Of a DNA stretch of 36,435 bases, positions 26,296 to 36,198 are shown piece after piece (position 1 is the stretch's first letter; the number at the start of each line of letters is the position of its first letter). The notes under the pieces were generated by a model. It saw only the letters and a program-made list of their open reading frames with translations, searched no databases and had not been told where the DNA came from. The position numbers were made by a program, and so were the translations under genes. The stretch spans positions 1-36,435 of the forward strand of contig PSLI01000019.1 in the NCBI GenBank assembly GCA_040289515.1, given 5' to 3'. This DNA comes from Candidatus Sysuimicrobiota bacterium (lineage in GTDB: Bacteria; Sysuimicrobiota; Sysuimicrobiia; Sysuimicrobiales; Sysuimicrobiaceae).

Positions 26296-26973
26296 CTAGG
26301 CGGTGCCCTTGCGGTACAGAGCGTGCAGGTTGCGCCAGAAACCACCCTCCTCCGTGGCGCGGGTGGTGGTGCGGGTAGGGGTCTCGGGCAAAAGGCCCTG
26401 CTGCGCCATCCACGCATCCAGGGTGGCCTCCTCCAGCAGCACGAATCGGCGCGGAGGCCCATCGGGCGGGCTCCCCTCGAAGACGGAGGGGAGCACGGGG
26501 CGGAGGGGCTGCGGCCAGGGCTGGCTGCCGACGGCGAAGTGCTGCACCAGCAGCTGGCCCTGCGGACGCAGGACCCGGGCTGTCTGTGCCACGGCACGGT
26601 GCCACTCCTCCACATCCTGGGCCTGCTGGTAGATGCCGAGGGCCACCACCACGTCGAACGACTCCGAGGCAAACACGGTCAGCTCGTCCATGGCACACAG
26701 GACCACTCGTCGGTGCGCCTCGGCCTCCCCCAGGTAGGCGGCGAGGCGCCGGCGAGTATAGGTCACCATGGCCTCCGAAGCGTCGCACGCGTACACGTCG
26801 AACCCCTCTCGCGCCAGCCACTCGGCGTTGCGGCCCGCGGCGCAGCCCAGATCCAGCACCCGCGTGCTACGGGGCGCCGCCGACAGCAGGGCCACCAGGC
26901 GGTCGTCCGGGGGCCGGGCGGCGAACCGCTCCACCACCTCGGGTCGCTCCCAAAAGGGGTCGCGGGCCTTCAC
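26296..26973 (-). CDS. Class I SAM-dependent methyltransferase
   Basis: VLDLGCAAGRN, DASEAMV, SFDVVV, RVLRPQG. Overlaps the M20 gene stop (GTGA). Confidence 0.85.
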   Translation of the reverse strand: MKARDPFWERPEVVERFAARPPDDRLVALLSAAPRSTRVLDLGCAAGRNAEWLAREGFDVYACDASEAMVTYTRRRLAAYLGEAEAHRRVVLCAMDELTVFASESFDVVVALGIYQQAQDVEEWHRAVAQTARVLRPQGQLLVQHFAVGSQPWPQPLRPVLPSVFEGSPPDGPPRRFVLLEEATLDAWMAQQGLLPETPTRTTTRATEEGGFWRNLHALYRKGTA

Positions 26974-28328
26974 GGGATCCCCCCGAACCGCTCCAGGATA
27001 CGGGCGATGTGCTTGATGCCGTCCACGAAGTCACGCAGGCGAATGTTCTCGTTGGGCGCGTGCACGTTGCTGCCCGGGTACCCCACGCCGGTGCCCACCG
27101 CGGGCGTGCCGAACCGCGCGCACACGACGTCCATGGGGCCGGTGGCCGCCATCAGGGGGTACACCACCGGCTCCTTGCCGTACACCTCCCGGGCTGAAGT
27201 GGCCACCACCCGCACGATCTCCGAGTCCGGCGATGTGCGGGCGGGGTCCACGAGCCCCATGGGCACCACCTCCACGTCCGCGAATCCGTGCCGCGCCAAG
27301 TGCGCCCGCAGCTGGCCCAGAACTTCTTCCGCCCGCTGCCGGGGCACCAGGCGGAAGTCCAGCTTTGCCCGCGCCACCCTGGGCAGGACCGTCTTGGACC
27401 CCTCGCCTCCATACCCCGCCACGAGCCCGCAGATGGTGCACGTGGGCTGGTACAGGTGACGCTTCAGCAGTTCCACGCCGGAGACGCCCAGGAGGAACCG
27501 GTCCAGGCCCAAGTCCCGCAGCAGGGTGGCGTCGTCCCGGGTGGAGGCGATGCGCCGCAGCCACGCCACCTCCTCCGGAGCTGGCTCCTCCACCGGGTCG
27601 TAGAAGCCCTCGATGAGCACCCGCTCGTGCTCGTCCTTGAGGGTGGCCAGGGCCCACACCAGCCTCCACGCGGGGTTCGGCACGATGGTGGCCATGGAGG
27701 AGTGCAGGTCCCGGTTGGCGCCGTGCGCCACCAGCTCCACGTAGCAGATCCCCTTCACACCCAGGTACAGGTTGGGGACTTCCTGGTGGTCCTTGCCGCC
27801 CGACTCCCACAGGCAGCCGTCCGCGCGGAACAGGTCGGGGTAGGCGTCTGCGTAGCGGCGCAGGTTGGGACTGCCGATCTCTTCCTCGCCCTCCACGAGG
27901 AACTTCACCGTGACCGGCAGCTCTCCCCGGACCTGCCGGAAGGCCCGCACCGCGGACAGGCGGGCCACCAGGTTGCCCTTCGTGTCCGCCACACCGCGGC
28001 CGTAGATGCGGCCCTCGCGCACCTCCGGCTCGAAGGGATCGGATCCCCACTCCTCCAAAGGTTCCGGAGGCTGGACGTCGTAGTGCTCGTAGATCAACAG
28101 GGTCTTGGACGACCGACCTCGGAACTCCCCGTACACCAGCGGGGCGGCGCCCGGCAGGTGCAGCACGCGCACCTTTGCCCCTGCTCCCCGCAGCATTTCT
28201 GCCACCAGGCGTGCGCACTCCTGCAGCCCCACCTTCTGCGCCGCGATGCTGGGTTGCCGCACCAGCCGTGCCAGCTCCTCCACGTACGCCTGCGTGTGGC
28301 GCTCGATGTGGTCGAACACGTCCCGCAT
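26970..28328 (-). CDS. M20/M25/M40 metallopeptidase (ArgE/DapE/dipeptidase-like)
   Basis: YEHYDVQP, YGRGVADTKG, VEGEEEIGS, DLHS, HAPNE. Start trimmed to ATG 28328. Confidence 0.92.
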   Translation of the reverse strand: MRDVFDHIERHTQAYVEELARLVRQPSIAAQKVGLQECARLVAEMLRGAGAKVRVLHLPGAAPLVYGEFRGRSSKTLLIYEHYDVQPPEPLEEWGSDPFEPEVREGRIYGRGVADTKGNLVARLSAVRAFRQVRGELPVTVKFLVEGEEEIGSPNLRRYADAYPDLFRADGCLWESGGKDHQEVPNLYLGVKGICYVELVAHGANRDLHSSMATIVPNPAWRLVWALATLKDEHERVLIEGFYDPVEEPAPEEVAWLRRIASTRDDATLLRDLGLDRFLLGVSGVELLKRHLYQPTCTICGLVAGYGGEGSKTVLPRVARAKLDFRLVPRQRAEEVLGQLRAHLARHGFADVEVVPMGLVDPARTSPDSEIVRVVATSAREVYGKEPVVYPLMAATGPMDVVCARFGTPAVGTGVGYPGSNVHAPNENIRLRDFVDGIKHIARILERFGGIP

Positions 28329-28335
28329 CGGTCCC

Positions 28336-29043
28336 CTAGCCCGTGCCCTGTGTCCTGGCGGGGACGAGTACAGCATACGGAGCCTGGAGCCCTTGGGCAA
28401 AGCGGGCTTCCCACGACGCCAGTTCCTGCAGCAGGGGCTCCACGTGCAGCCCGCGGTGCTGCGGGCGGTAGCCGGCGAGGCGCCCTGCGGCACGGCGCAG
28501 AAGTACCACCGCACCGTGTCGGTTGCCTTTTTCGTGGTGGTAGAAGGCAGCCGCCAGCTGCACCATCCCCTGGTAGAAGTTTCGGTCCTGCGGCGAGGCC
28601 TGGCGCCACAGCTCTTCGAAGTGTTCGTGGCAGGCGAAGAACAGGCCAAAGCTGAACAGGGCGAGCCCCCGGTACGTGGGCGTGTCCATCTCAGGGGCCT
28701 CAGGAGAGTTCACAAGGAAGGTGGTGAGGCGGTACAGGCGCTGGGCCTGAACCTGGAAGTACGCCCAGTGCTGCCGGTACGTCTTCGTCAAGGCCACCTG
28801 CCCCGGACCCCGCCAGAGGACCCCGGCCCGCACGGGCGGTCCCAGGTCCGAAGGACGCACCGTCCAGTGCGCGGGGGCGGCCAGCTCCCGCGCGTGCAAA
28901 TACACCCGCTGCAGGGGCTGAGCCTCGCCGGCGGAGGCCAGGTGTGCGTACGCAGCCATCCATGCCGCGAAGGCCGCATGTCGCGGTTCTGCGGCGGCCT
29001 GCAGGGTCAACCGGCTGAGGGCGTGCTTCAGGCGGATGTACAG
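28336..29043 (-). CDS. DUF309 domain protein with N-terminal extension
   Basis: C-terminal GLALF..GLFFACHEHFEELW...YQGMVQLAAAFYH...GN is the DUF309 signature. Start unclear (CTG 29043, TTG 29010 or a later ATG). Confidence 0.7.
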   Translation of the reverse strand: MYIRLKHALSRLTLQAAAEPRHAAFAAWMAAYAHLASAGEAQPLQRVYLHARELAAPAHWTVRPSDLGPPVRAGVLWRGPGQVALTKTYRQHWAYFQVQAQRLYRLTTFLVNSPEAPEMDTPTYRGLALFSFGLFFACHEHFEELWRQASPQDRNFYQGMVQLAAAFYHHEKGNRHGAVVLLRRAAGRLAGYRPQHRGLHVEPLLQELASWEARFAQGLQAPYAVLVPARTQGTG

Positions 29044-31130
29044 GGTGGTCCTTCCGTGCTGCCCACTCCCTTGGGGCGGGCCTGTAACGCCTGCCGCAGC
29101 TGCTCCGGATCGAGGACCGGCGGACGGCAAACGGTCCCCACGCACACAAAGGCCCTGGCAGCCCCACCCGCCCGATCCGCCATGGCCCGCGCGGGCTCGG
29201 GCAGGGGCTGGCCCGGCTCCGCCCAGGACACCACGCAGTCGGGATGACCTGAACCCCACGCCGCCCGGTGCAGCGCCCGGGCAGCGGGGTCCTGACGCCA
29301 GCCCGAGATCACCACATGCGTGGGAGGCTGCAGAAACCGGCTCACCGCCAGGAAGTACGTGGCCGCAAAATACCCGTGGTCTTTGGCCACTCGCGCGAAG
29401 GTGCGGAGGACCTCCACCGCCCTTGCGGCCCAGCGCTCCTCGCCCGTCAGGGTGGACAGGTCCTGCAGGAACAGGGCTGCGGTGCCGTTCCCGGAGGGAG
29501 CGGGGGAGTCCTGGATGGGCTTGTAGGGTACTTCCAATCCCGGTCCCCGCGCTTGGGAGGCGGGCACATCGAAGAACCCTCCCTCTGTGAGATCCCGGTA
29601 CTCCCGGTCCAGCAACTCCGCCAGCTGCCGGGCGGCCGTCAGGTAGCTTGGCTCACCCGCCAGCTGGTATGCGCGCAGGAGGGCGCGGCCCATGTGGACC
29701 TGGTCGTCCAGGGTGCGGGGGCCCTGCGGATCGTGCAGGGCGTGCGGGAAGCCTGCCTCGTCGCGAAAGCCCTCCCGCAGGAACCGCTCCACCGTCTTCA
29801 GCGCCGCTTGCGCGTAACGGTCCACGCCCGTGGCTTGGTGGGCAACCAGCATCGCTGCGGCGGCCATCCCATTCCAGCTGGCGTACAGGGTGCGGTCCAC
29901 TGCGGGCGCGGGACGCGCCATCCGGGCCCGGCGGAGCTTGTCTAGACCCGACCGTAGCAGCTCCCGCACGCGCGGGACCGTCCAACCCACTTGGGCGGCC
30001 ACCTCCTCGGGCGAGGCCGCCACCCACAGCACGTTCCTCCGCGGGTCGTGGTGCATCTCCCCGCGCTCATGCAGGTCGTAGACCCGTCGGGCCACCTCCA
30101 GCTCCTCTGGGGTTAGCACCGTGGCGGCCTCCTGTAGCGTCCACGTGAAGTAGTCGCCGTCGTCGGCCGGGCCCACGTCCGCGTCCTGGCTGGCCCCGAA
30201 CCCCCCTTGGGGATCCTGCAGCACATCCAGAAGGAAGGCCGCAGTACCGTGCACCACCTCCTCGTACAGGGGTTCCCGCCACAGCAGGAAGGCCTGGCTG
30301 TAGGTGGCCAGCAGGGCGGCGTTGTCGTACAGCATCTTCTCGAAGTGCGGCACGCGCCAGCGGGCGTCGGTGCTGTACCGGTGGAAGCCTCCGCCCAGCT
30401 GGTCGTAGATGCCACCCCGGGCCATGTGCTCCAGGGTCCGCCGCCCCACCACCTCCAGCCACTCCTCCCCCCGGTAGCCGTACTGGTACAGGACGAGGTC
30501 CAAAGCCGAGGCGTGGGGAAACTTCGGAGCGGCTCCGAATCCCCCGTGGCGCACGTCGAAAGCCCGGGCCAGGCTGTCCAGGGCCTCCTCCACCAGCGCC
30601 GTATCCGGTTCCCCGGGCCCCGTGGCGGTCTGGGCACGGCGCAGCTCCTGGGTCAAGCGGGCCGCCACCTCCCGGGTGCGGTTCCGCTCCCGGTGGTAGG
30701 CGTCCGCTACGCTTCGCAGAACCCGGAGGAAACCGGGCCGCCCGTAGCGGTCCTCCTTGGGGAAGTACGTTCCGCCGTAAAAGGCGTGGCCGTCGGGCGT
30801 GAGGAAAACCGTCAGGGGCCAGCCCCCCTGCCCCGACAGCGCCGCCACGGCGTTCTGGTAGCGGGCGTCCACGTCCGGCCGCTCGTCCCGATCCACCTTG
30901 ATCGGCACGAAGTGCTGGTTGATGAAGTCCGCCACCTCCGGATCCTCGTACGACTCGTGGTCCATGACGTGGCACCAGTGGCACCACGCGGCGCCGATGT
31001 CCAGGAGGATGGGCTTGTCCTCCCGACGGGCCCGTTCGAAGGCCTCCTCGCACCACGGGTACCACGCCACGGGCTGGTGCGCGGCCGCACGCAGATACGG
31101 GCTGCGGGCGTTCTCCAACCGGTTGGCCAT
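29028..31130 (-). CDS. Thioredoxin domain-containing protein, YyaL/DUF255 (SSP411/SPATA20 family)
   Basis: [64 protein letters not shown]. Confidence 0.93.
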   Translation of the reverse strand: MANRLENARSPYLRAAAHQPVAWYPWCEEAFERARREDKPILLDIGAAWCHWCHVMDHESYEDPEVADFINQHFVPIKVDRDERPDVDARYQNAVAALSGQGGWPLTVFLTPDGHAFYGGTYFPKEDRYGRPGFLRVLRSVADAYHRERNRTREVAARLTQELRRAQTATGPGEPDTALVEEALDSLARAFDVRHGGFGAAPKFPHASALDLVLYQYGYRGEEWLEVVGRRTLEHMARGGIYDQLGGGFHRYSTDARWRVPHFEKMLYDNAALLATYSQAFLLWREPLYEEVVHGTAAFLLDVLQDPQGGFGASQDADVGPADDGDYFTWTLQEAATVLTPEELEVARRVYDLHERGEMHHDPRRNVLWVAASPEEVAAQVGWTVPRVRELLRSGLDKLRRARMARPAPAVDRTLYASWNGMAAAAMLVAHQATGVDRYAQAALKTVERFLREGFRDEAGFPHALHDPQGPRTLDDQVHMGRALLRAYQLAGEPSYLTAARQLAELLDREYRDLTEGGFFDVPASQARGPGLEVPYKPIQDSPAPSGNGTAALFLQDLSTLTGEERWAARAVEVLRTFARVAKDHGYFAATYFLAVSRFLQPPTHVVISGWRQDPAARALHRAAWGSGHPDCVVSWAEPGQPLPEPARAMADRAGGAARAFVCVGTVCRPPVLDPEQLRQALQARPKGVGSTEGPPCTSA

Positions 31131-31157
31131 CCCTTGTATGGTACCGTACCCAACCCC

Positions 31158-31973
31158 TCACAGGGGCGACCGGTCCGAGAAGCGGGGCTCGCGGCGTTCC
31201 CGCAGGCTCCGCAGCCCCTCCTCCGCGTCCCGGGTGAGGAAGGCCAGGAACTCCAGGGCGGTGGAGGTGTCGAACACCGGCCCGGCCACCCGCAGCCAGT
31301 TGTTGAGGGCGTATTTCGTCCACCGGACGGCGTGCGGGCTACCGCTGGCCAGCCGCTGCGCCACCTCCAGGGCTACGGGGTATACCTGGTCGTCTGGTAC
31401 GCAGAGGGACACCAGGCCCAGCCGCTCCGCCTCCTCCCCGGACAGCGGCTCGTTGAGCAGCAGGTGGTACTTGGCCTTGGCGATCCCCACGAGCAGCGGC
31501 CAGACCAGCACCGCGTGGTCGCCCGCCGGGACACCCAGGCGCACGTGCCCGTCCAGCAGGCGCGCAGACCGCCCCACCACCGACACATCTGCCAGCAGGG
31601 CCACTGCCAGCCCTGCACCCACCGCCACGCCCTCCACGCAGGAGACCACGGGTTTGCCACAATCCACAAGATTGTACACGAGATCCCGCGCCTCCCGCCA
31701 CACCCGCAGCCGCACCTCCTCGTGCCGGCGGATGTCCTCCACCAGCTGCAGATCCCCGCCCGAAGAGAACACCCCGCCGGCTCCCCGGACCAGCACGGCC
31801 CGTACGCCCTCGTCCGCGTCCAGGTCCCGCCACACCCGTGCGAGCTCCGTGTGAGCCTGCGCGGTGATGGAGTTCAGGGTGGATGGGTTGTGCAAAACCA
31901 CCTCCACGATCCCGTCCTCCCGGGGGTAGATCTGGAGCGCCCGGTACCCAGAGCGCCAGCCTTCAGCAGCCAA
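31158..31973 (-). CDS. Enoyl-CoA hydratase/isomerase (crotonase) family protein
   Basis: [45 protein letters not shown] start after a GGAGGGGG RBS. Confidence 0.9.
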   Translation of the reverse strand: MAAEGWRSGYRALQIYPREDGIVEVVLHNPSTLNSITAQAHTELARVWRDLDADEGVRAVLVRGAGGVFSSGGDLQLVEDIRRHEEVRLRVWREARDLVYNLVDCGKPVVSCVEGVAVGAGLAVALLADVSVVGRSARLLDGHVRLGVPAGDHAVLVWPLLVGIAKAKYHLLLNEPLSGEEAERLGLVSLCVPDDQVYPVALEVAQRLASGSPHAVRWTKYALNNWLRVAGPVFDTSTALEFLAFLTRDAEEGLRSLRERREPRFSDRSPL

Positions 31974-32040
31974 AAGGCACCCCCTCCGCCCGCGCTTTTT
32001 GCGGCATCTCCATGGTACTACGGGAGGGCGGCCCCTCGAG

Positions 32041-32328
32041 TCAGCCCTGGCGGCGGCTAGCTTCCATGTAGGCGAGGCGCAGATCCGCCACGTGCATCAA
32101 CAGTTCGGTCAGCCGATCCCCCTGTAGGTGGTTTTGAAGAAGATCCACGAGGGCCCCCGCGGCGTCGATGGCCAGCCGCGCGTGCTCCAGGTTCACCTGC
32201 CCCGTGCCCGGGATCATGCCGAGGTACACCCGTGCCTGGTGTACCAGCAACGCCGCGCACCAGCTCAGGACGTCCGCGGCCGGTGCGGACTCCAGCGCGG
32301 AGACGGGATTGAGCCGCTCCGACTCCAC
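32041..32328 (-). CDS. DUF1844 domain protein
   Basis: A.VYLG.IP...[11 protein letters not shown]...L...LRLAY pattern; 95 aa. Confidence 0.65.
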   Translation of the reverse strand: MESERLNPVSALESAPAADVLSWCAALLVHQARVYLGMIPGTGQVNLEHARLAIDAAGALVDLLQNHLQGDRLTELLMHVADLRLAYMEASRRQG

Positions 32329-32375
32329 CGTTCCCCCCTGTTCTGGTTATACCCCGAGACCGCGGGCCCGAGACA

Positions 32376-34565
32376 TCAGGGGCCCTCCGCGGCAGCCGCC
32401 TGCGGGCGGGTGAGCCAGTGCACGGCGAACACCGCGGCCACAGCCACGGCCGCCAGCAGGTCCAGGACCAGGGAAGGGTAAACCAGCAGCAGCCCCGCGG
32501 CCAGCAACACCGCGCGCTCCACCCAGTTGGCCTCCCGCACCAGCCAGCCGTTGATCCCGGCGGCGAGGCTTACCAGCCCCAGGGCCGCGGTGAGGGTGGT
32601 CTTGAGCACCACCTCCGCGGGGGCGTGGAGGAGCAACCCCATGCCGTCGGGGTGCACGGTGAACATGAAGGGCACCACGAAGGCAGGCAGGGTGTACTTC
32701 CACGCCATCATCATGGTGCGAAAGGCGTTGCCGCCCGTGAGGGCGGAGGCGGCAAGGGGGCTGAGGCCCACGGGCGGTGAGACCTCCGACAGGATGGCGT
32801 AGTAGAAGATGAACATGTGGGCGGCCAGCTCGTGCACCCCCAGCTGGATCAGGGCCGGCGCGATGACTGCGGCCGCGATGATGTACGTGGCGGTGATGGG
32901 CAGCGCCAGCCCCAGGACCCACAGGGCCACGCCGGAGTACACAAGGGACAGCAACAGGTTGCGCCCCGCCAGATCCACGATGATGCCCGACAGCTTGAGG
33001 CCCAGGCCCGTGAGGGTGATGACGCCCACCACGATGCCTGCCACCGCAGTGGTGACCGCCACGGTGAGCACCTGTTTGGTTCCGTTGGCGAGGGCCGCCA
33101 CCAGAGGCGCGACGCTCACCTCCCAGGAGCCCACGCGCACGGGATGCAGTTCGGTGGGACGCAGGGGCTCGCCCCTGTAGCCCTCCCCCCACGCCTTGCG
33201 AGCGTGTGAACCCAGCAAAGCGCCCAGCGCCGCGCACAGGCCGAGGGCGAACGGAGCGGGCACGCCGAACAGACCCCGGAGGGCGGGGGCCAGGGCCAGG
33301 GCCAGGACCGCTCCCACCGCGGGTGCTGGCCAGTTCCCTCCCGCGGCGGGCGCGCCACGGACTGGCCGCACCACGGCCAGGGCCGTCTCCGGCCGCAGGA
33401 AGCTGGTAACTGCCGCCACCACGGTGGACCAGAACACCGCGGCGATGGCGGTGAACCCGCGCACCATAAACAGAGGGATCATGACGAGGGAGGCCAGCAA
33501 ATACCAGTACCGCCCTGCCAGCCGCCAGGCGTCGGCGGCAGGTACCTCCACGGGCCGTAGCCGGTACCGCCGGGCGTCCAGTTCGATCATGAGGAAGATG
33601 GAGAAGTAGTAGAGCACAGTGGGCACGATGGCCAGCACCAGGACCTGCAGGTAGGAGATCTTGAGGATCTCCGCGATGATGAAGGCCGCGGCTCCCAGGA
33701 TGGGCGGGGAGATGACGGCGCCGATCCCTCCCGCGGACAGCAGCCCGCCCGCGGACTCCCGGTCGTAGCCGGAGCGGCGGAGCAACGGGTAGGTGATGGC
33801 GCCCACGGTCACCGTGGTGGCCACCCCGCTCCCAGAGGGACCACCGAGGAGGAAGGAGGCCACGGTGACCGCCTGGCCCGCTCCGGTGCGCCGCCGTCCC
33901 ACCAGGGCGAAGGCCAGGTCCACGAAGTACTTGCCCGCACCGGACTGCTCCAGGAAGGAGCCGTAGATGGTAAACAGGATGATGAAGGTGGCCGATACGT
34001 CCAGGGGAACGCCGAAGATCCCCTCCAGCCCCACGTACAGGTGTCCGATGATCCGCTCCAGGTCGTAACCACGATGGGTCCAGGGCTCCGGGAGGAGGTG
34101 GCCCACGAAGGCGTACGCCACGAAGGCTACGGCCAGCACCGCGAGGGGCCAGCCCGTGGTGCGGCGGGTGGCCTCCAGGACCGCTAGCAGCGTGAGCAGG
34201 CCGAAGGCGACATCGTAGGCGTTGGGCACCACCTGGCGGTACACGAAGCGCTCGAAGTCCCAGAACACCCAGCCTAGTCCCAGCACGGAGATCAAGACGA
34301 GCAGGAGGTCCACCGGGTGCACGCGGCGAGCCGTGCCCTTCCAGCCCGGGTACAGCAGGAACGTGAGGACAAGGACCAGCAGGAGATGCCGGGTGAGGTG
34401 GAGCTGCCGGATGTACGGCGCCTGGGCCGCCCACAGGTGGTACAGGGAGCTGGCCACGGCCAGGGCGGTGACGAACCATGCCAGGGGGCCCGTCAGTTTG
34501 CGGGTAGCTCCCTCGAACCGCTCGATGAGTTCCTCGACGGCAGCGGACGGCGAGGGCTCCGTCAT
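32376..34565 (-). CDS. TRAP transporter fused 4TM/12TM permease (TAXI type)
   Basis: LEATRR, EGIFGVPL, SGSGVA, PPILGAAAF, LGLALPITATYI, AHMFIFYY, VSPPV. Confidence 0.92.
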   Translation of the reverse strand: MTEPSPSAAVEELIERFEGATRKLTGPLAWFVTALAVASSLYHLWAAQAPYIRQLHLTRHLLLVLVLTFLLYPGWKGTARRVHPVDLLLVLISVLGLGWVFWDFERFVYRQVVPNAYDVAFGLLTLLAVLEATRRTTGWPLAVLAVAFVAYAFVGHLLPEPWTHRGYDLERIIGHLYVGLEGIFGVPLDVSATFIILFTIYGSFLEQSGAGKYFVDLAFALVGRRRTGAGQAVTVASFLLGGPSGSGVATTVTVGAITYPLLRRSGYDRESAGGLLSAGGIGAVISPPILGAAAFIIAEILKISYLQVLVLAIVPTVLYYFSIFLMIELDARRYRLRPVEVPAADAWRLAGRYWYLLASLVMIPLFMVRGFTAIAAVFWSTVVAAVTSFLRPETALAVVRPVRGAPAAGGNWPAPAVGAVLALALAPALRGLFGVPAPFALGLCAALGALLGSHARKAWGEGYRGEPLRPTELHPVRVGSWEVSVAPLVAALANGTKQVLTVAVTTAVAGIVVGVITLTGLGLKLSGIIVDLAGRNLLLSLVYSGVALWVLGLALPITATYIIAAAVIAPALIQLGVHELAAHMFIFYYAILSEVSPPVGLSPLAASALTGGNAFRTMMMAWKYTLPAFVVPFMFTVHPDGMGLLLHAPAEVVLKTTLTAALGLVSLAAGINGWLVREANWVERAVLLAAGLLLVYPSLVLDLLAAVAVAAVFAVHWLTRPQAAAAEGP

Positions 34566-35071
34566 GGCCTCACCCGTTTCCCCAGGTGTCCTGCCAGCAG
34601 CCGGAGGGCTACCTGCGCGACCGGCCCCCGCACCACGCGGATCCGGATCCGGTGCCCCTCCCGGTCCGGATACAGGGGTAAAGCAAAGCGGCCTAGCAGC
34701 AGGGCACGCTCACCCAAGGCCGTGGCTCGCACCACCAGCTCCTCGACGGGGGCGGTCGCGGCGGAGACCCGGTAGCGTCCGTCCGTACGCACCACCCGGT
34801 GCAGCAGGCCGTAGTACTCTCCCGCGGCCTCCCGTTCGGCCTCCACCGCCTCCAGGGTCAAGTGGGTGCCGGAAACGGAGAAGTGCTCCCACACGTACCC
34901 GCGGTACAGGGAGTGGCGGTAGCGCAGCTGGAAGGACTGCGCGGGTAACGCGGCCAGCAACCGGCCCTCGTCCAGGTCAGCTACCTCCAGGACCTGCAGG
35001 GGCCACGCGGCCGCCGCCAGCACGCCTGCCAGCAGTGCCCCCGCCCCGAGCCCACCGACCCTGCCAGCCAC
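34562..35071 (-). CDS. DUF1850 domain protein
   Basis: F.LRYRHSL....V.E.F motif, in the usual position between the TAXI receptor and the permease. Confidence 0.7.
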   Translation of the reverse strand: MAGRVGGLGAGALLAGVLAAAAWPLQVLEVADLDEGRLLAALPAQSFQLRYRHSLYRGYVWEHFSVSGTHLTLEAVEAEREAAGEYYGLLHRVVRTDGRYRVSAATAPVEELVVRATALGERALLLGRFALPLYPDREGHRIRIRVVRGPVAQVALRLLAGHLGKRVRP

Positions 35072-35083
35072 CCGACACGGATG

Positions 35084-36049
35084 TCAGAAGCCGGGCACGC
35101 CCCGCTCCCGGTAGTACCGCGCCGCGCCGGGGTGGAAGGGAATGGGCGTACGGCCCGTGATGCGCAGGAGGGTGATGTTCTTGGCTTCCGCGTGTACCAT
35201 CTCCAGCTCGGCCTTGCGTTCGAAGATCAGGCGGGTGATGCGGTAAGCCAGATCTTCCGGGAAGTCCTGATGCACCACCAGCAGGTTGGCCACCCCGATG
35301 GTGGGGACTGGCTGGTCCATGCCGGGGTACACCACGCGGGAGATGATCGCCCGGAAGTACAGGGGCCCGAACTCCTTCCGCAAAGGCTCCACCAGGTCTT
35401 CCATGGGGACGATCTTGACCCGGATCCCCGGGGTGCTGGCTAGATCCAGGACGGCGGGGGTGGGGAGGCCCCCGCTCCAGAAGAAGGCGTCGATCTTGCG
35501 GTCCTTCAGGGCGTCTGCGGAGGGGGCCACGCCCAGCCGCTCCTTGCGGATGTCCCGGTCGGGGTCGATGCCCGCGGCCCGCAGGATGCGCAGGGCGGTC
35601 ACCTCCGTGCCGCTACCCGGAGACCCCACGGACACGCGCTTGCCCCGCAGGTCCGCAACGCGGTGGATGCCCGTGCCCTCCAGGGTCACCAGGTGGTTGT
35701 AGTTGTCGTACACGGGCACAAGGACCCGGATGGGGATGGGCGATCCGCGGAAGTCCGCAAGCCCCTTCCACGCGTCGTACGCCGTGTCGTTAAGGGTCAG
35801 GGCAATGTCCGCCCGCTTCGCTCCGATCAGGCGCATGTTGTCCACCGAGGCGGAAGTCACCTCCGCGGTGGCCTGCACTCCGGGAAGGTGCTGGGAAATC
35901 AGGCGGGCGAGCCCGCCGCCGAGGACAAAGTACACGCCCCCCGTGCCGCCCGTGGCGATGGAGAGGCGGGTGATGGGCGCGGCCCCAAGCCCTGCGGCCA
36001 GCAGGGCGACCAAGAACAAAGCCGTGCAGATGGGCTTGACAGCGCGCAT
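35084..36049 (-). CDS. TAXI family TRAP solute-binding protein
   Basis: IATGGTGGVYF, SVDN, DLRGKRVSVGSPGSGTE, DAFFWSGGLP, PFHPGAARYY. Confidence 0.94.
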   Translation of the reverse strand: MRAVKPICTALFLVALLAAGLGAAPITRLSIATGGTGGVYFVLGGGLARLISQHLPGVQATAEVTSASVDNMRLIGAKRADIALTLNDTAYDAWKGLADFRGSPIPIRVLVPVYDNYNHLVTLEGTGIHRVADLRGKRVSVGSPGSGTEVTALRILRAAGIDPDRDIRKERLGVAPSADALKDRKIDAFFWSGGLPTPAVLDLASTPGIRVKIVPMEDLVEPLRKEFGPLYFRAIISRVVYPGMDQPVPTIGVANLLVVHQDFPEDLAYRITRLIFERKAELEMVHAEAKNITLLRITGRTPIPFHPGAARYYRERGVPGF

Positions 36050-36140
36050 GCGCGTCCCCCTCTTGCTCCCGGGTTTTGCTCTGATTGTTCGACAGGGGAG
36101 GTGCGGCCTCCTCTGTTCGAGCAGGGTCCGGGCGGGGGCC

Positions 36141-36169
36141 TTCCGGTGCTGTGGGAGATGGGGTAGGAT
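36141..36169 (+). promoter_or_regulatory. Possible sigma70 promoter for the right-edge gene
   Basis: TTCCGG-17 bp-TAGGAT. Confidence 0.4.
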
Positions 36170-36198
36170 CGACCCGATCCCGCAGCGTGGAGGCAGCG

